Position numbers and translations under genes: made by a program | From: Lama guanicoe | Taxonomy: Eukaryota | Length of the DNA: 64,000 nucleotides | Assembly (NCBI GenBank): GCA_013239625.1 | Contig: MU053881.1 | Span: forward strand, 1 to 64,000 | Direction: 5' to 3' | Shown: positions 38,055 to 49,874 of the stretch, piece after piece | How the letters are laid out: each line of letters starts with the position of its first letter | Position numbering within the stretch: position 1 is the first letter of the stretch | The notes under the pieces: model-generated | What the model was told of the DNA's origin: nothing | Seen by the model: only the letters and a program-made list of their open reading frames with translations | Databases searched by the model: none

Positions 38055-38500
38055 AGGGTTAGGGCTAAGGCTGAGGCTGGGGCTGGGGCTGCGTTAGGGT
38101 TACGGGGTTTTGGCTCTGGTTATGATTCATAATTATGATTCGTTAATAGTTTGGGTTAGGATTTCTAGTTTCTGGTCTCTGGTGTGGTTTCCAGGTTCTG
38201 GTTTTGGTTCAGCCTCAGGTCTCAGGATTGGACAAGGGCTCAAGATTCAGGGTTAAGAGCTAGCGGCTAAGGTCAGAGGTCAAGGCTCAGGGCTTGGACT
38301 CAGGATTGGAACAGGGTTTGAGGGCTGGATTAGAGCTCTTAGTGGGCATAGGGGGTTGGGACTGAGGTTAGGGTTACTGTTAAGACTTAGGGGTTTAAGA
38401 GTTCAAAGTTCAAGTTCAGGGTTCAGGTTTGGAGTTTGGTGTTCAGGTTTGGGTTCAGTTATTTGTTCTTTTACACGTTAGGGTTGAGGACTAAGGGGGA
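38055..38500 (+). repeat. Degenerate telomere-like hexamer array (TTAGGG, TTCAGG, TTTGGG, CTGGGG variants)
   Basis: agggttagggctaagg...gcgttagggttacgggg...gaggttagggtt...ttcagggttcaggtttggagtttgg...gttagggttgagg. Strong G/T skew and 6-bp rhythm. Confidence 0.75.
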
Positions 38501-38519
38501 TTTTTAGAAAAAAACAGTC

Positions 38520-38929
38520 TAACCCTCCTCTTTCCGCCTAAAAACAGGAAATAAATTGCCCATGTGAAGGTATCCACCCTGTACTAGGAGGATTAAAAAC
38601 ATCCTTATCACCAGAGTCAAGGAATTCAAGACTAAGAAAGATGTATAAACAAACTTTGTGACTTCTTCATTAGGCTGCTACCCCAAGCACAAGCCCCTTT
38701 GTTTTGTTAAATCTTCCCACATTGTCTAAAAATGATGCACAAACAGCCTGTCCTGGTCCTTTGGTGGCGGGGAGGAGGTCCACTTCTATGCGACCTCTGT
38801 GCATATGAATTAAATTGTTTTTCCCCTATTAATCTGTCTCATGTCAATTTAATTATTTTTTTTAATTTAATTATTATACTAGTCAAAAGAACCCAAAAGG
38901 GGCAAGAGGAAAACTTCCCCATCCTGACA
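38520..38929 (+). mobile_element. Partial MER34-like LTR
   Basis: Ends ttaatctgtc...aaagaacccaaaaggggcaagaggaaaacttccccatcctgaca. Related to 14050-14578. Confidence 0.55.
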
Positions 38930-39071
38930 CTCCCTTTGGTTTCTTTCTGGCCCATTCTTTCTCCATTTTTGACAAATTCTCCCCCTTCTGTCTTGGATTT
39001 CCCACCCCTAAAGAAACAGGTATGCTCCAGTTTTAATGTCTGTGGTGGCCAACTCAGTGAAGAAGCCCCTG

Positions 39072-39193
39072 CGTGGGGGTGGGGGAGGGAGGGGTATAGC
39101 TCAGGGGTAAAGCACACACTTAGCCTGCATGAGATCCTGGGTTCAACCCCCAGTATCTTCATTTAAAATAATAAATAATTTTTTAAAAGAAGA
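39072..39193 (+). mobile_element. tRNA-derived SINE (Vic-1 type) with 13-bp TSD
   Basis: A box gtatagctcagggg, B box gggttcaaccccc, AT-rich tail. TSD gaag(a/c)agcccctg at 39059-39071 and 39194-39206. Confidence 0.85.
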
Positions 39194-39889
39194 GAAGCAG
39201 CCCCTGTCCTCAGCACCTCCTGAGCTGACCCCTCTAGTCAGGGTCCCTTCGGACTCCAGAATGTTGGACCTCAGATGGAGGTCCCAGGGAATAAATCCGT
39301 GAGAGCTAGGAGTCCGCGTCCTGCTCCAGGGCATCATTGGGAGGCTGCCCTTCTCACCCTGCGAAGCGCCAACAGCCTGTCTTGGTCTGACTCTCCCTAG
39401 GGCCTCACTCCCAGGGGGATGGCCCACAAGGACCCTCTCAAAAAAGGCTACTGTGGTGGGTGAAGCCACCTCTTCCCAAGTCCCCTTTCTCTCTACAGAT
39501 GTGGATCTTGGGAGGGGTTCCTGGGTGCTCCAAGCCCTTAAGATTTAGGAATGAATGTGTGGCACTGTCCCCTACTCCCATCCCTGTAGCCATTTAAATG
39601 ATTACTCCAAATGGGAAGAAGTCTGAGGTGATACACACTATTTTGGGTGATGATGCAAGAAAACTGGTCCTCTTACACATTCCCAGGAGGAAACTTTTGG
39701 AAAACAATTTGGCAATGTTCGAAAGCATGAAAATACATCTATCCCTAGACCCAATCATCCCATTCCTGGTTTCCCATTCTGAGAAAAATGATCACTAAGT
39801 GAGGGTGACTTATAAAGGTGTTATTGCAAAATTTTTCCTGGTGCTCCTCAGTGGTGAGGGGCTGAGAATATTTCAGTTTATCTCCACAG

Positions 39890-40077
39890 GGTTTAGGGCC
39901 TGAGAGTCAGCATTAGGGTTCATAGGATTATGGCCTGGGGATTAGGGTTCTAGTGAGGACGCTAGTGTTAAGACTGGAGTTAGGGTTGGGGTAGAGCCTC
40001 ATGGTTAGGGCCTTAGATATAAGCCCTTAGGGTTATGGTTTAGGTTGGTTAGCGTTAGGTGAGTATTAGGATTAGAC
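39890..40077 (+). repeat. Second degenerate TTAGGG-like array
   Basis: Multiple TTAGGG/TTAGG/TTAGCG units: tttagggcc, cattagggtt, attagggtt, gttagggttgggg, ggttagggcc, cttagggttatgg, ttagcgttagg. Confidence 0.7.
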
Positions 40078-40097
40078 TCTTAAAAGGAACGTGCTAG

Positions 40098-40232
40098 AAA
40101 AAAATGTGACAATGCATATATGTATGTTCATGTATAACTGAAAAATTGTGCTCTACACTGGAATTTGACACAACATTGTAAAATGATTATAAATCAATAA
40201 AAAAATGTTAAAAATTTTTTAAAAAGCAAAAA
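40098..40232 (+). mobile_element. Very short young L1 3' end with 16-bp TSD
   Basis: TSD aaaaggaa(c/t)gtgctag at 40082-40097 and 40233-40248. The body matches 58900-59010. Confidence 0.9.
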
Positions 40233-40849
40233 AAAAGGAATGTGCTAGATCCCTATCGACTGATTCATGTACAAAGCTCTCAGATGTGTTGTTAAAGAAG
40301 AAAAATAAGATGTGTGGAGATGCATATTTTATAATCCCATTTTTGTAAAACATGATGACCAACTAAGCAGCAAGGGTCATGTTTTGCCTATCTGGTGTCT
40401 GTCATTCCACAGTGATTTAACCAAGCAGGACCCTCTTGTCATCACTGATGACCCTCTGATACCTGTAATGGTGTTTGTAACTGCTTAGCTGTGTAATGGT
40501 TTAAACAGTTTTTCTTACACTTTTGCTGACCAGGGTTGGGCCGGAGAGTTGGGAGGCTTGGGTGGTCCATCTAACCCCCTCCTGGTGCTGTGCGCAGGGA
40601 TCATGCTCATTGCCCTTCTTTTGACCTCATTCCCCTTCTCTTGGCCCCTTGTGGTTTCCTCCTATCCCGTTGTCCTAGCTTCAGGCCTCAGCCTATAGCA
40701 GGAGATCCCAGGCCTCAGCCTTCTTAAAAGGCTAAGAGTATTTATCAACCTGACTTTAAACTGCACACGTTTTCCTCTAGAGCTGTTTTCCATGGAGCCC
40801 CTTCCTATGCATCCTTTGTTCTAGGTACAAGACTATTAAGAGAGTCCCA

Positions 40850-41150
40850 AAACTTCAGACCCAGTAGAGGGAAGGGGACCCCTGCACCTGCAAAAACAAT
40901 AACTTTGCAACAATTTGTTACCTTGTGTGCAGTCTCTATGGAAACTAGCTCCACCCCTTGAATTCTTGAACTTTTATAGTAAGACCCCCTGTTTTCTCTC
41001 CCCAGCAGGCTCACAGTCTTAGAGGCATTAACTTACTGTGACCTCCTTTCCCTGGCAAAGAAATAAAGCTGCCTCTTCTACTTCATCCAAAACTCTGTCC
41101 TCAAGTCTCTACTTGGTAAGGAGAGGTACGAAGGCTGTGTTTCAGCAACA
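40850..41150 (+). mobile_element. ERV LTR fragment (R/U5 end)
   Basis: ggcaaagaaataaagctg...ccaaaactctgtcctc...gtttcagcaaca, with a CA terminus. Confidence 0.55.
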
Positions 41151-42959
41151 GTGAGTGGCTCTAGCCCAGGACGGGCAGCTTTGGGGACTCCTCCTCCACA
41201 CTTGTGAAGGGGTGCATAGCGGATGGTTTAGATGGGGTCATTTTTCTCTCTGCCTAACACTAGACTCTCCCCTCACCAGATCTCTCCTTGTCCCAATCTA
41301 GAACAGTCTAGTCCTCCTCGGGCACCGATCTCAACAGAGCCCTCTGCTCCAGTGTTAGTGGCACATCATGCCTCAGCCTTCCCCTCCTCTTTTAGGACCT
41401 ACCTCTAGTCAGGTCTCAGGTCCCTTGTTCTCTTCAGCAGTTGGAGCTCTGCCCTGTGGCTCCCACTATTCTAGAGCAGGAAACTAAATTGATTTGATAA
41501 AGCTGGCAATAGAGAAGATGAGTGGCTGGAAGTGCGGCAGTGGGATGGGAAGACGGGTGAAATTTGTGGGAAAAAGAGGCAGGAGAGATGGAGGAGAATG
41601 TTTGCAGGACAGTGGACTGGCATGTGTCCTTGACCTGCTGCCACATCCCTGACTTGAGCACTCATGTAGAGACGGGGATCAGAGGTTGAAGTTGGTGGTG
41701 CCACTGAAGACAGGTTTTATGATGCTCAGACACAAACATAGATGCCTCAGTGGCATGACACAGAGAGGGTTCCAGAAGGAGGAAGGGGCACTTCCCCTGA
41801 GCTTTGCATGGAAACTGACACTGCCTGTGGCTCTTTGAGAAATGAAGAATTGAGGAGCGTCCTGAGCCAGCACCACAGCTGACACATGAATGTTCTCACG
41901 ATGGCCAAGGGAAGCAGGGGAGTTCTCTTCAGGGTTGTGTGGGCCACATATGTGGTCCACAGAGGGGGGGAGCAGTCACAGTAAGAGGTAACGTGTACCA
42001 AACACTTAACTCAGACACTGCAGTTAGCACATTAGATGATTATCTTATGCAAGTATCAAAATGACCCTACATGGAATGAGATACTGTACTACATGCACAG
42101 AGTACAGCCTAGGCACTCGTGTGTGAAGGTCTGCTCCTATGCAGATGCGTCACGATGGCACCAGTCTCAAGTTATTGTTCAGGGTCTTAGCTCAATCATC
42201 TGTAAAACAGAAACAAAAATAATGGTGAATAAGAATCAAAAGGCTAATAAATTCAAAGCATTTGACATCATAGGGAACTTATATGTCCTATGTGTTTAAC
42301 TCTCATATACGACTATCCCCATTATATCTGTAAGTAAACAGAGGGTCGATAACTTACCGAAGACACGTACTGGGGTCTACAAGAGTCCACATGTGAATGA
42401 CTGACCCTGAAACCAGAACACAAAATCTTACCTATGAAAATAAAACTTAAGTGTCTTCAGATAACCACGCCCTAATATCAAGGTGGTAAGGAGATTTATG
42501 TATCAATTCAAAAACTTTATACCTATCCATATTCTATTTCAAAAGTAAGTGCTAAAAACACAATTGAAGATAAAAATGAATGAGCGCTTATTCCCATACA
42601 GCTTCACCAAGGGAGCTAATAAAGAATAATTTCAGCAAGAACAAAGGCAGACCTGGAGAAAAACCAGGAACACAAGAAAAATGATCCCAAAATGTTAATT
42701 ATATAATATAATTAATTCTCTTACCCATTTTAAAAACACAAATGTCTAAATAACAATAAAAAAAACATGAGAATAGGTGATGGGTATTTGGACTGTGCTA
42801 TGACCATGAAGAGGAGAGCGTTCGTGCGCAATAAATAAAATAAATGTGCAACTAATGAAATAAAACTTTGTTAGAAAATGTATAATCGAACTGATTTTTG
42901 GATGGGGCAAAGAGGTCATCAAATCCCCTGCTCAAGAAGCGATGTCAGAGACACCCGCT

Positions 42960-45480
42960 CTGTAATAGATGGTGTTGACTTCCTCTTCCCTGCTTCTCCC
43001 CTCTAAGGAAGCCAAATTCCTTGGAAAATGATTACACAGGCAACAATAAAAAGAACTCTGAATGCTGGAAAGAAGAAAGCAGACTGACTAGGGACCTCAG
43101 GACTTGGGGAATAACATATGATGTGTTAGCCTCCTGGGTTTTTTTAATCTCTCATATACCGGGGACTTGGTGTCAGGGAGGTCTGAAACCTGGAATCATC
43201 AACAGGTAACAAAAAAAAAAGAAAGAAAAACTAAAAAAAAAAAAAAAAAAAAAGAAAAACTAAAAAAAAAAAAAAACCAAACAACAGAAAACAGAAAAAG
43301 CTGGCTCTCCCTGGCCACAGAAGAAGAAAGGAGAAGCCCAAAAGACTGAGTGGAGCGCCCCAACCCACAACCCGTGACTGAGTCACCAGCAAGCAGCCCC
43401 GAGCACCCACAGCAGCAGCAGTAGCAAAGCCCTGGCCTCCCGACCTCCACCTGTGGCGTGAGAAGACCCAGGAACAGTAGCCCCTGACTCACTCCCTTGT
43501 TCAGTGGGAGGTGGCCCGGGAACCCTAGGCAGCCCAGGGAACACTTTACATCCCCACAAACAGCACCAGCAGGAGCTGACAGAGCCCGCAGAAGAATGAC
43601 GCAGACCAGGACAGCACTGCTGGGCTCTGGAAGCTGAACTGTCAAGTTCACAAAAACAGGTCAACTTATTTTTAAGCTAAACCTAAACAGCAAAATTGCC
43701 TGCTAAATAGAAGATTGAAATTGGGGTCTCTAAATACCCAAAATACCAAGGATACAACAGAAATCATTCCTCACACCAAGAGCCAGTGAAGAAGAAACAA
43801 AGTAATGCTATCAACAAAAATAATTTAATTGACATTTATATATCACTCCAGTAACAGCAGAATACATGTTCTTTTCAGCACTCATAGAACATTTACTGAG
43901 ATAGTCTTTATCCTGGGTCAGAAAACAACCTTAACAGATTTAAAAGAATTGGAATCATACAAAATATGTTCTCTGACCATACTAGAATAAAACTGGAAAT
44001 CAATTACAGACAGGCAGCAAGAAAAATTTCAAAACACCTGAAAGTTAGACAGCATAGTTCTAAATAACTTGTGAATCAAAAATGACGTCCTAGAGACAAT
44101 AAAGTCTACAAAGACCTGAATGAAAATGAAAGAACATCGTAGCACGATTTGTAGGATACAGCTAAAGCAATCCCGAGAGAGGTATACATCGCAATACACG
44201 CTTACATTAGAAAACTGAAATGGTTCTGCATTAGAGTCTGGGGTACCAGTGTGAACTCATACACATACACACACACACAAGCACAGAGAAATACAAAATA
44301 GGTAAGGCTGTATAAATGGGAACATTATTTTCAGTTCTGTCTGCTGAGAGGACCTAGAAGCAGAGATTCGCTAGTAGCCATGAGCACACCTGAATGCTCA
44401 GATTTTGTTTGTTTTTTTTTAATTCCTTTGTCCAATAGCAGGAATCAAAGCTCCTTGGAAAAGTAGTTGACTCTGGAACTGGGCAGACAAAATAACAAGA
44501 TAGTCCTGGAGCACCTTCTGAGGCTAAATAAAGTAAAGAAATCCTTGGGAAAAGGTAAGAGGGAAATGCGGGCATGTTGGAAAGACTCAGGAGCTAACCT
44601 GAAAAAGGTCAAATCCGGAACAATTTGAGCAACAAAATTAACAGTAATAATAGTAGGCAATAGCCGAAATAATAAAATAAATATTGATGAGTCCATGCAG
44701 GTATAAATGATTAAATAAATGTATGCAGAGAACTCTTCCTTAGAGAAGAATTCTAATTAAGTGTAGATGAAACAAGAGAGGTAGAAAATCACCATGAGAA
44801 CAGCACAAAAATAATTGCTGTAGGCAAGACCCAGTGATCACATCAAAATCAGTGGTGAAAGTTTAAGGTTAAACAAGATTTTTGTGTAGCATCAAAGTAT
44901 GACCCACTTAAATATGTATTACATAGGCAGAAATAATAACCATTTAGTGGAGAACCCTGGCAGATACCACCTTACTCAGGTGATCAAGATTAACACTTCT
45001 CCTGTGCTGAGAAGGGTAGGTTGCCCTCGGTGGGATTCTTCTTAAAAATCCATAACCTCAATGTACTCATTGAGAAAACAGCATGCAAATCCAAATTGAG
45101 GACAATTCTACAAAATACCTAACTGGTACTCCTCGGATGTATCAAGGCCACAGAAGATATCAACATAGAGGAACAATCACAGTCCGGAGGAGACTAAGGA
45201 GACATGACAACTGAATAAAATGTGGGATTCTGGATTGATACTGGTAAAAAGAGAAAATTCTACTGGAAAAAAACTAGGGAAATCCAATTCAAGTCTGAAG
45301 TGCAGCTAATAGCTTTGCACCAGTGTTAATTTCCTGGTTTCAATAACTGACCTGTAAGATGCCAACATTAGGAGAAGCTTGATAAAGCCTAGATGGGGGG
45401 AGGGGGCGATTCTCTGTACTATTTTTGTAATTATCCTGTAAGACTGAAATGGTGTCACATTTAAAAAATTTTTAGACTAA
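42960..45480 (+). mobile_element. Old L1 (L1MC/MD-like) fragments: 5' region, ORF2 endonuclease-region remnant and 3'UTR
   Basis: taattgacatttata...gcagaatacatgttcttttcagcactcatagaacattt...ctctgaccatactagaataaaactggaaatcaat. 3'UTR motifs ctgagaggacctagaagc and ctctgtactatttttgtaa. Confidence 0.7.
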
Positions 45481-45714
45481 AGTTGTCATGAGTCATTTTC
45501 TAACATACACTAGGCAGAGAGGGAAAAGGTGGGTGCCTTTTCAAAACACAGAAATCAGAGGCATCAAGTGGTTCCAACCTTCCCAATTGGGCCACAGAAA
45601 ACCTAAAGCATGAGTTAAGTATGGCCACTCATACAAGTCAATTCTTTCTCCACTGTGAATTCAAAAAGCAAAGACAGGAATGTTCGATAAATTAGCAAAA
45701 AGTCATACATATTT

Positions 45715-46040
45715 TTCAATATATATTATTATATGTCATATAATACATATTATATATTCTATACATAATATATTTAACATGTATATATGGTAAACATATA
45801 TGTAATGTGAATGTGCATTATACATATTGCATGTATTACATATGTGTATGAAATATATACATATAGTATTACATATATTTTGTATTACATTATTATAAAG
45901 TATTATATATACTAATTATATTTTACATATATGTATATACATAATATATAAATATACAATATATCGTATATATGTTCTGTGTATTCTTATTGTGTACATA
46001 ATATATACATATAATATACACACAATAAATTTACATAATA
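45715..46040. repeat. TA-rich low-complexity tract
   Basis: Degenerate (TA)n/(TATACA)n. Confidence 0.85.
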
Positions 46041-46754
46041 CATGACTTTGTACATGAATCTATGGCATTTGAATATAAATGACTATGTATGTGACGTACA
46101 TGACTGTTCACCTACTGAGTGTTCATGTGGAACCAAATGTTGAGAGAGAGAAAGAATACACAGATTCTCAGAAAGATGGACCACGGCCCAATTAAGAAAA
46201 GGGAACGGTAGAGAGAGACAGCTGCAGCAGCAGCAGGTGTCCTGCCTGCTCCTCCCTGCAGGAAAACTGGTCCAAAGCTTCCCTGTTCTGTCGCAGGGAT
46301 CCTGACCACAGGCGTGGGCCCGACAGATGACCTCCAGCCGCCCAAATCCTAGCGGCACACCTGGCTGAAGGACGATGGGGATGGGCCATCGTCTCTGGAG
46401 AGAACTGACTTGATGGGGCTGGGGAGTGGGCTGCAACCACAGGAACAGCACCCTGGGCTCCCTCAAGAGCGAAGCTGGAGTCTGACGGTCTCCTTTAATG
46501 CTCCTCTGAGCAGCAGAGTACTGGGGAACAGAGCCTGGAGGGCCAGGAAAAGGGAACCATTTTTTTTACAGCCAGGTGGAGCAAGACAGAAAATAACAAG
46601 GCAGCCCATGGAGACAGCGGCCCAGCCAGCTACACAGGAAGGTCCCGGGCCGGCCTGCCGAGCGCCGGTCTCCCAGAGACCCCGCAGCTGCGCGTGCGCG
46701 CTGGGGGCAGCGGGTTGCGGGGCGGAAAGCCGAGAGTCTGCGACGGCCTCGGGC

Positions 46755-47975
46755 TTACCCTTCCAGGACTTTGTTGATCCACTGGATCGCAGCTCTTTTC
46801 TCTCGGTCAAGGTCTTCAGCAGTGACTCGATAACCCGGCTGGGGGGCTGGGGGCAGGATCAGTGGGTCGTTTCGCCTTGAGGGTAGCAGCAGAGGGATCT
46901 TGCGCTTCCGGGGCCTGGAACCGCCGTCAGATGGTTGTGAACGGTTCAAGCTTTGCGTCTTCCCTGAGGGGGCATCGGCAGCCTTTTCAGGCTCGATCTT
47001 CCTTTGCGGGCCCACTGAGGACGAAGGGCTAGGCTGATGGCGGTCCTTGCCGGCTGTCTCGGCGGGCGCGTATAGGTGTGAGGCGGCCGGGCCCAGGAGC
47101 CCGGCAGCGCGCGGACCGCCCCTCTGCAGCGGTGGAAAACCCCTGGTGGAGCTGTACGAACTGGTGATGGCATTCCGTTTGCTGCATGAGCTCAGAAAGT
47201 GGGTCTGGGGTTTCCTAACCGGGACATCTCCTGGGCTGTTGGAACAAAAGTCTCTCTTCAGAGGCCCAGGCCTGGGCACAAAGGAAGCGAGAACCCCGTT
47301 GACCACCAGGCGCCGAAACGCAGACTGCGCGTGCGCACTGCCGTCTGAGCCCTGTCTCTGCTCGTCCTGACTTTCGGGGACTGGGTGCCCTTCCTTTCGC
47401 TTTGCTTGCCCTTTCCTGCCCTCAGCCAGGGCCGGCAGTTCCTCCTCTGTCTTGGCTGTCAGTGGGCCGCTCTCTTCAAGACCCATCACCGGGGTCTCCT
47501 TTACACAAAGGTTTGGGAGGTGGAGAGACAGTGACGACCACATGCAGGTGACCGTCTGCTTCAGAGCCACACGCATCTTCAGCTTGCCTTTGGCAGATGC
47601 CATCTTCAGGAGCACCGAGGTGCGGAACATGCTGGAGATGCACGTGTAGAGCCCTGGCTTCTGACGGCCGCTCCGGGGCACTGAGGAAAAGGCCCCCAGA
47701 AGCAAGAACCGAGCCTGCTGGATTGGACATTGCGGCCGGTGGACGACAACGAACCGCCGGCGGCGCCGACGACGGTGGGGTGAAGCCACCAGGTCCTGGT
47801 ACGACAGCCTGCGGGGCAGGTCCAGGGCTGGGGCCCCGGAGTGAACCCGGCAAGCCGGAGGAGCTCGGCGGCCAGGATGCGCTGACCCGAGGCGCTGGGG
47901 TCTCTCCGGCAGGTCCCCGCCACGCAAAACAGGGGACGGGGGGCGAGGGCGAGGCCAGCTCAGGTAACCGCCCAT
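46755..47975 (-). CDS. Intronless POM121-like retrogene product (406 aa), lacking the TM segment and FG repeats
   Basis: ATG at 47975 (MGGYLS...). POM121-family motifs: [89 protein letters not shown]. No introns, stops or frameshifts within the ORF. Confidence 0.85.
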   Translation of the reverse strand: MGGYLSWPRPRPPSPVLRGGDLPERPQRLGSAHPGRRAPPACRVHSGAPALDLPRRLSYQDLVASPHRRRRRRRFVVVHRPQCPIQQARFLLLGAFSSVPRSGRQKPGLYTCISSMFRTSVLLKMASAKGKLKMRVALKQTVTCMWSSLSLHLPNLCVKETPVMGLEESGPLTAKTEEELPALAEGRKGQAKRKEGHPVPESQDEQRQGSDGSAHAQSAFRRLVVNGVLASFVPRPGPLKRDFCSNSPGDVPVRKPQTHFLSSCSKRNAITSSYSSTRGFPPLQRGGPRAAGLLGPAASHLYAPAETAGKDRHQPSPSSSVGPQRKIEPEKAADAPSGKTQSLNRSQPSDGGSRPRKRKIPLLLPSRRNDPLILPPAPQPGYRVTAEDLDREKRAAIQWINKVLEG

Positions 47976-48720
47976 GAGGCGCGATTCTGCACGGCTGGGG
48001 CCTTCAAATGGAGTCAGTGGCTCCGAGAGGTTTCCGTTAGCTGCCAAAGGGGCCCCAAGCAAAGCGCTCACTGTTGGGTGTGCCGCCTGTGACGCGTGTT
48101 GGAACGCGTGAGACAAGAAAGGGCCGCAAGAGGCCGGCGCGAGGGGCGGGGGCGCTGCGTGACCGCTGCGGGGTCCGCGGCGGCGGCGCGAGCGAGAGGG
48201 CTGCGCTCGCTCGGCGCAGCCGCCCTCCGTCCTGGGCCGGTGCCGGGCAGAGTCCCCCCGCGACCCGAGAACGGCTCCGGGCTCAGCCGCGCCCACGCGA
48301 GGTGGGAGTGCCAGGGTCAGCACCGTGTGTCTCTCCGCGGGTGACCATCCCAAGAGAAAGTTGCTTAGAAAGGCCCCCAGATCCGGAGGGGTGGACCTAG
48401 GCGTCCAGGCGGCAGGAGAGAGCACGCGGGACGCGTGAAGCCAGAGCTGATGCGCTGCGCCCCATCCTCTTCCCTTACCGGAGGATCTTACTTTCGGGTA
48501 CCCCTACTGGCTCCCCTTCCCCTTCCCTGGGAAGTAAGGTTTCCAATTGTAATGACCGGAAACCAGAACAGAGAATTGATATGGACAGCCAAGAGCAGTG
48601 CCATCTGGGACCTAACACTTGAATTCCTGGTTTGAAGATCACGTTTTGTCGCCGCCCTCGTCTGTCTTCCGCCTCTCCACAGATCCTGGAGGCCTTTGTG
48701 TCGTCCCTCCGTGTCCACGA
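47976..48720 (-). promoter_or_regulatory. CpG-rich upstream region of the POM121-like retrogene
   Basis: Dense CpG at 48080-48460 with a GC box (ggggcgggg ~48142). The frame stays open and retains ANGNLSEP, a POM121-like upstream remnant. Confidence 0.5.
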
Positions 48721-49298
48721 GATGGGAGAGCTGACCTGGCAGTTCAAACTGGAACTCAGAATTTGTCTCCCTTTAAGTATTCTGACTGAAGTTACTTTTA
48801 TTAGTTGAATGGTGAACACATTAGAATATTCAGACTGTTTTTAAATGTTTGGTGTTTTAATTACTTCCACTTCTTTGGTTCGGTTATTTGCGTTGTCGTG
48901 TTTTGTTTTGTTTTTAAATTTGTTCGCGTTCTTTTGGATTGCGGTTACTTAGTGACTGACCTGCGACCTTTTTACTCAGCCAGGTCGTTTCCCAGCCAGT
49001 GCTGCTCTCAGCAAGACGAGGAGGGAAAAATGATTTTGTGTAAGCAACATCAAAAGGGCTATACTACAACAAAATACACACGTGGGTTCTAAAATTCAGG
49101 AGTTTGACTTTCATTTTTATGCAAAATTATTTTAACCATATTAAGAAGCCCCCAGCGTTCTATCAGCCTGCTGTGCTTCAAAGCCCTTTTAAAAATGAAA
49201 CACAAAAATTCATAATGGGTGGATATACTACTACAATATGAATGGAAGCACTCCAGCTATTTAAAGGTAATCCATTTCTCAGTTAAAGACATAAATCT

Positions 49299-49445
49299 GA
49301 GGAGGAGGGTGTAGTTCAAGTGGTAGAGCATACCCCTAGCGTGCACAAGGTCCAGGGTTCAATCCCCAGTACCTCCTGCAAAAATTGATAAACCTAATTA
49401 CCTACACCCCACACACAAACTAGACATTAAAAAAAAGAAAGAAAT
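49299..49445 (+). mobile_element. tRNA-derived SINE (Vic-1 type)
   Basis: ggaggagggtgtagttcaagtggtagagc...gggttcaatccccagtacctcc...aaacctaattacc, plus A tail. Confidence 0.85.
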
Positions 49446-49519
49446 CCTAATTATAGACACACTGAATTTTGTTATCCAACAGATAGCATCTTAAGGAATT
49501 CTTCTCAACCATTAATTTT

Positions 49520-49870
49520 TTTACATAGCTTTATTGAGATATAATTTACACATAAAATTCACCTATATTAAGATCATACTTCGGGGATTTTTAGTAACTT
49601 TACAAAGTGTGTAAGACTTACAAAATCTAATTGTATAACATTTCCATTAACCCCAAAAGAAAACTCATGCCTATTTGCAATCAATCACTCCCCATTCTTA
49701 TTGACAGGCCTGGGCAACCACTAATGTACTTTTGGTCTCCATAAATTTGCCTTTTCTGGATGCATTTCATATAAATGAACTGTTACAATTTATGGTCTCT
49801 TGTGTCCAGTTTTACCCAGCATGTTTTTGAGATTCATCTGTATAGATGCATGTGTTCATAATTTGCTACT
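49520..49870 (-). mobile_element. Old L1 3'UTR fragment, antisense
   Basis: agctttattgagatataatttacacataaaattcacc...ggcaaccactaatgtactttt...atttcatataaatg. Confidence 0.7.
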
Positions 49871-49874
49871 TTTT

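Noticed and set aside
31592..38500. Head-to-head telomere fusion signature from CCCTAA plus TTAGGG
   Set aside because: The order is CCCTAA then TTAGGG, 6.4 kb apart and of different apparent ages. A fusion gives adjacent TTAGGG then CCCTAA.
41620..41960. Faint Ig V-like peptide fragments on the minus strand (AVVLAQ...FSGTTNFNL...QVRDVA)
   Set aside because: The conserved Cys/Trp/YYC residues and a properly placed RSS are missing. Too weak without a profile search.
47976..48425. 150-aa N-terminal extension of the POM121-like ORF (556 aa in the track)
   Set aside because: No in-frame ATG lies upstream of 47975. It is treated as a decayed parent-derived leader, although non-AUG initiation is not excluded.
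39072..49445. tRNA genes at ~39090 and ~49305
   Set aside because: A and B boxes are present, but SINE tails, a TSD and a degenerate cloverleaf identify them as SINEs.
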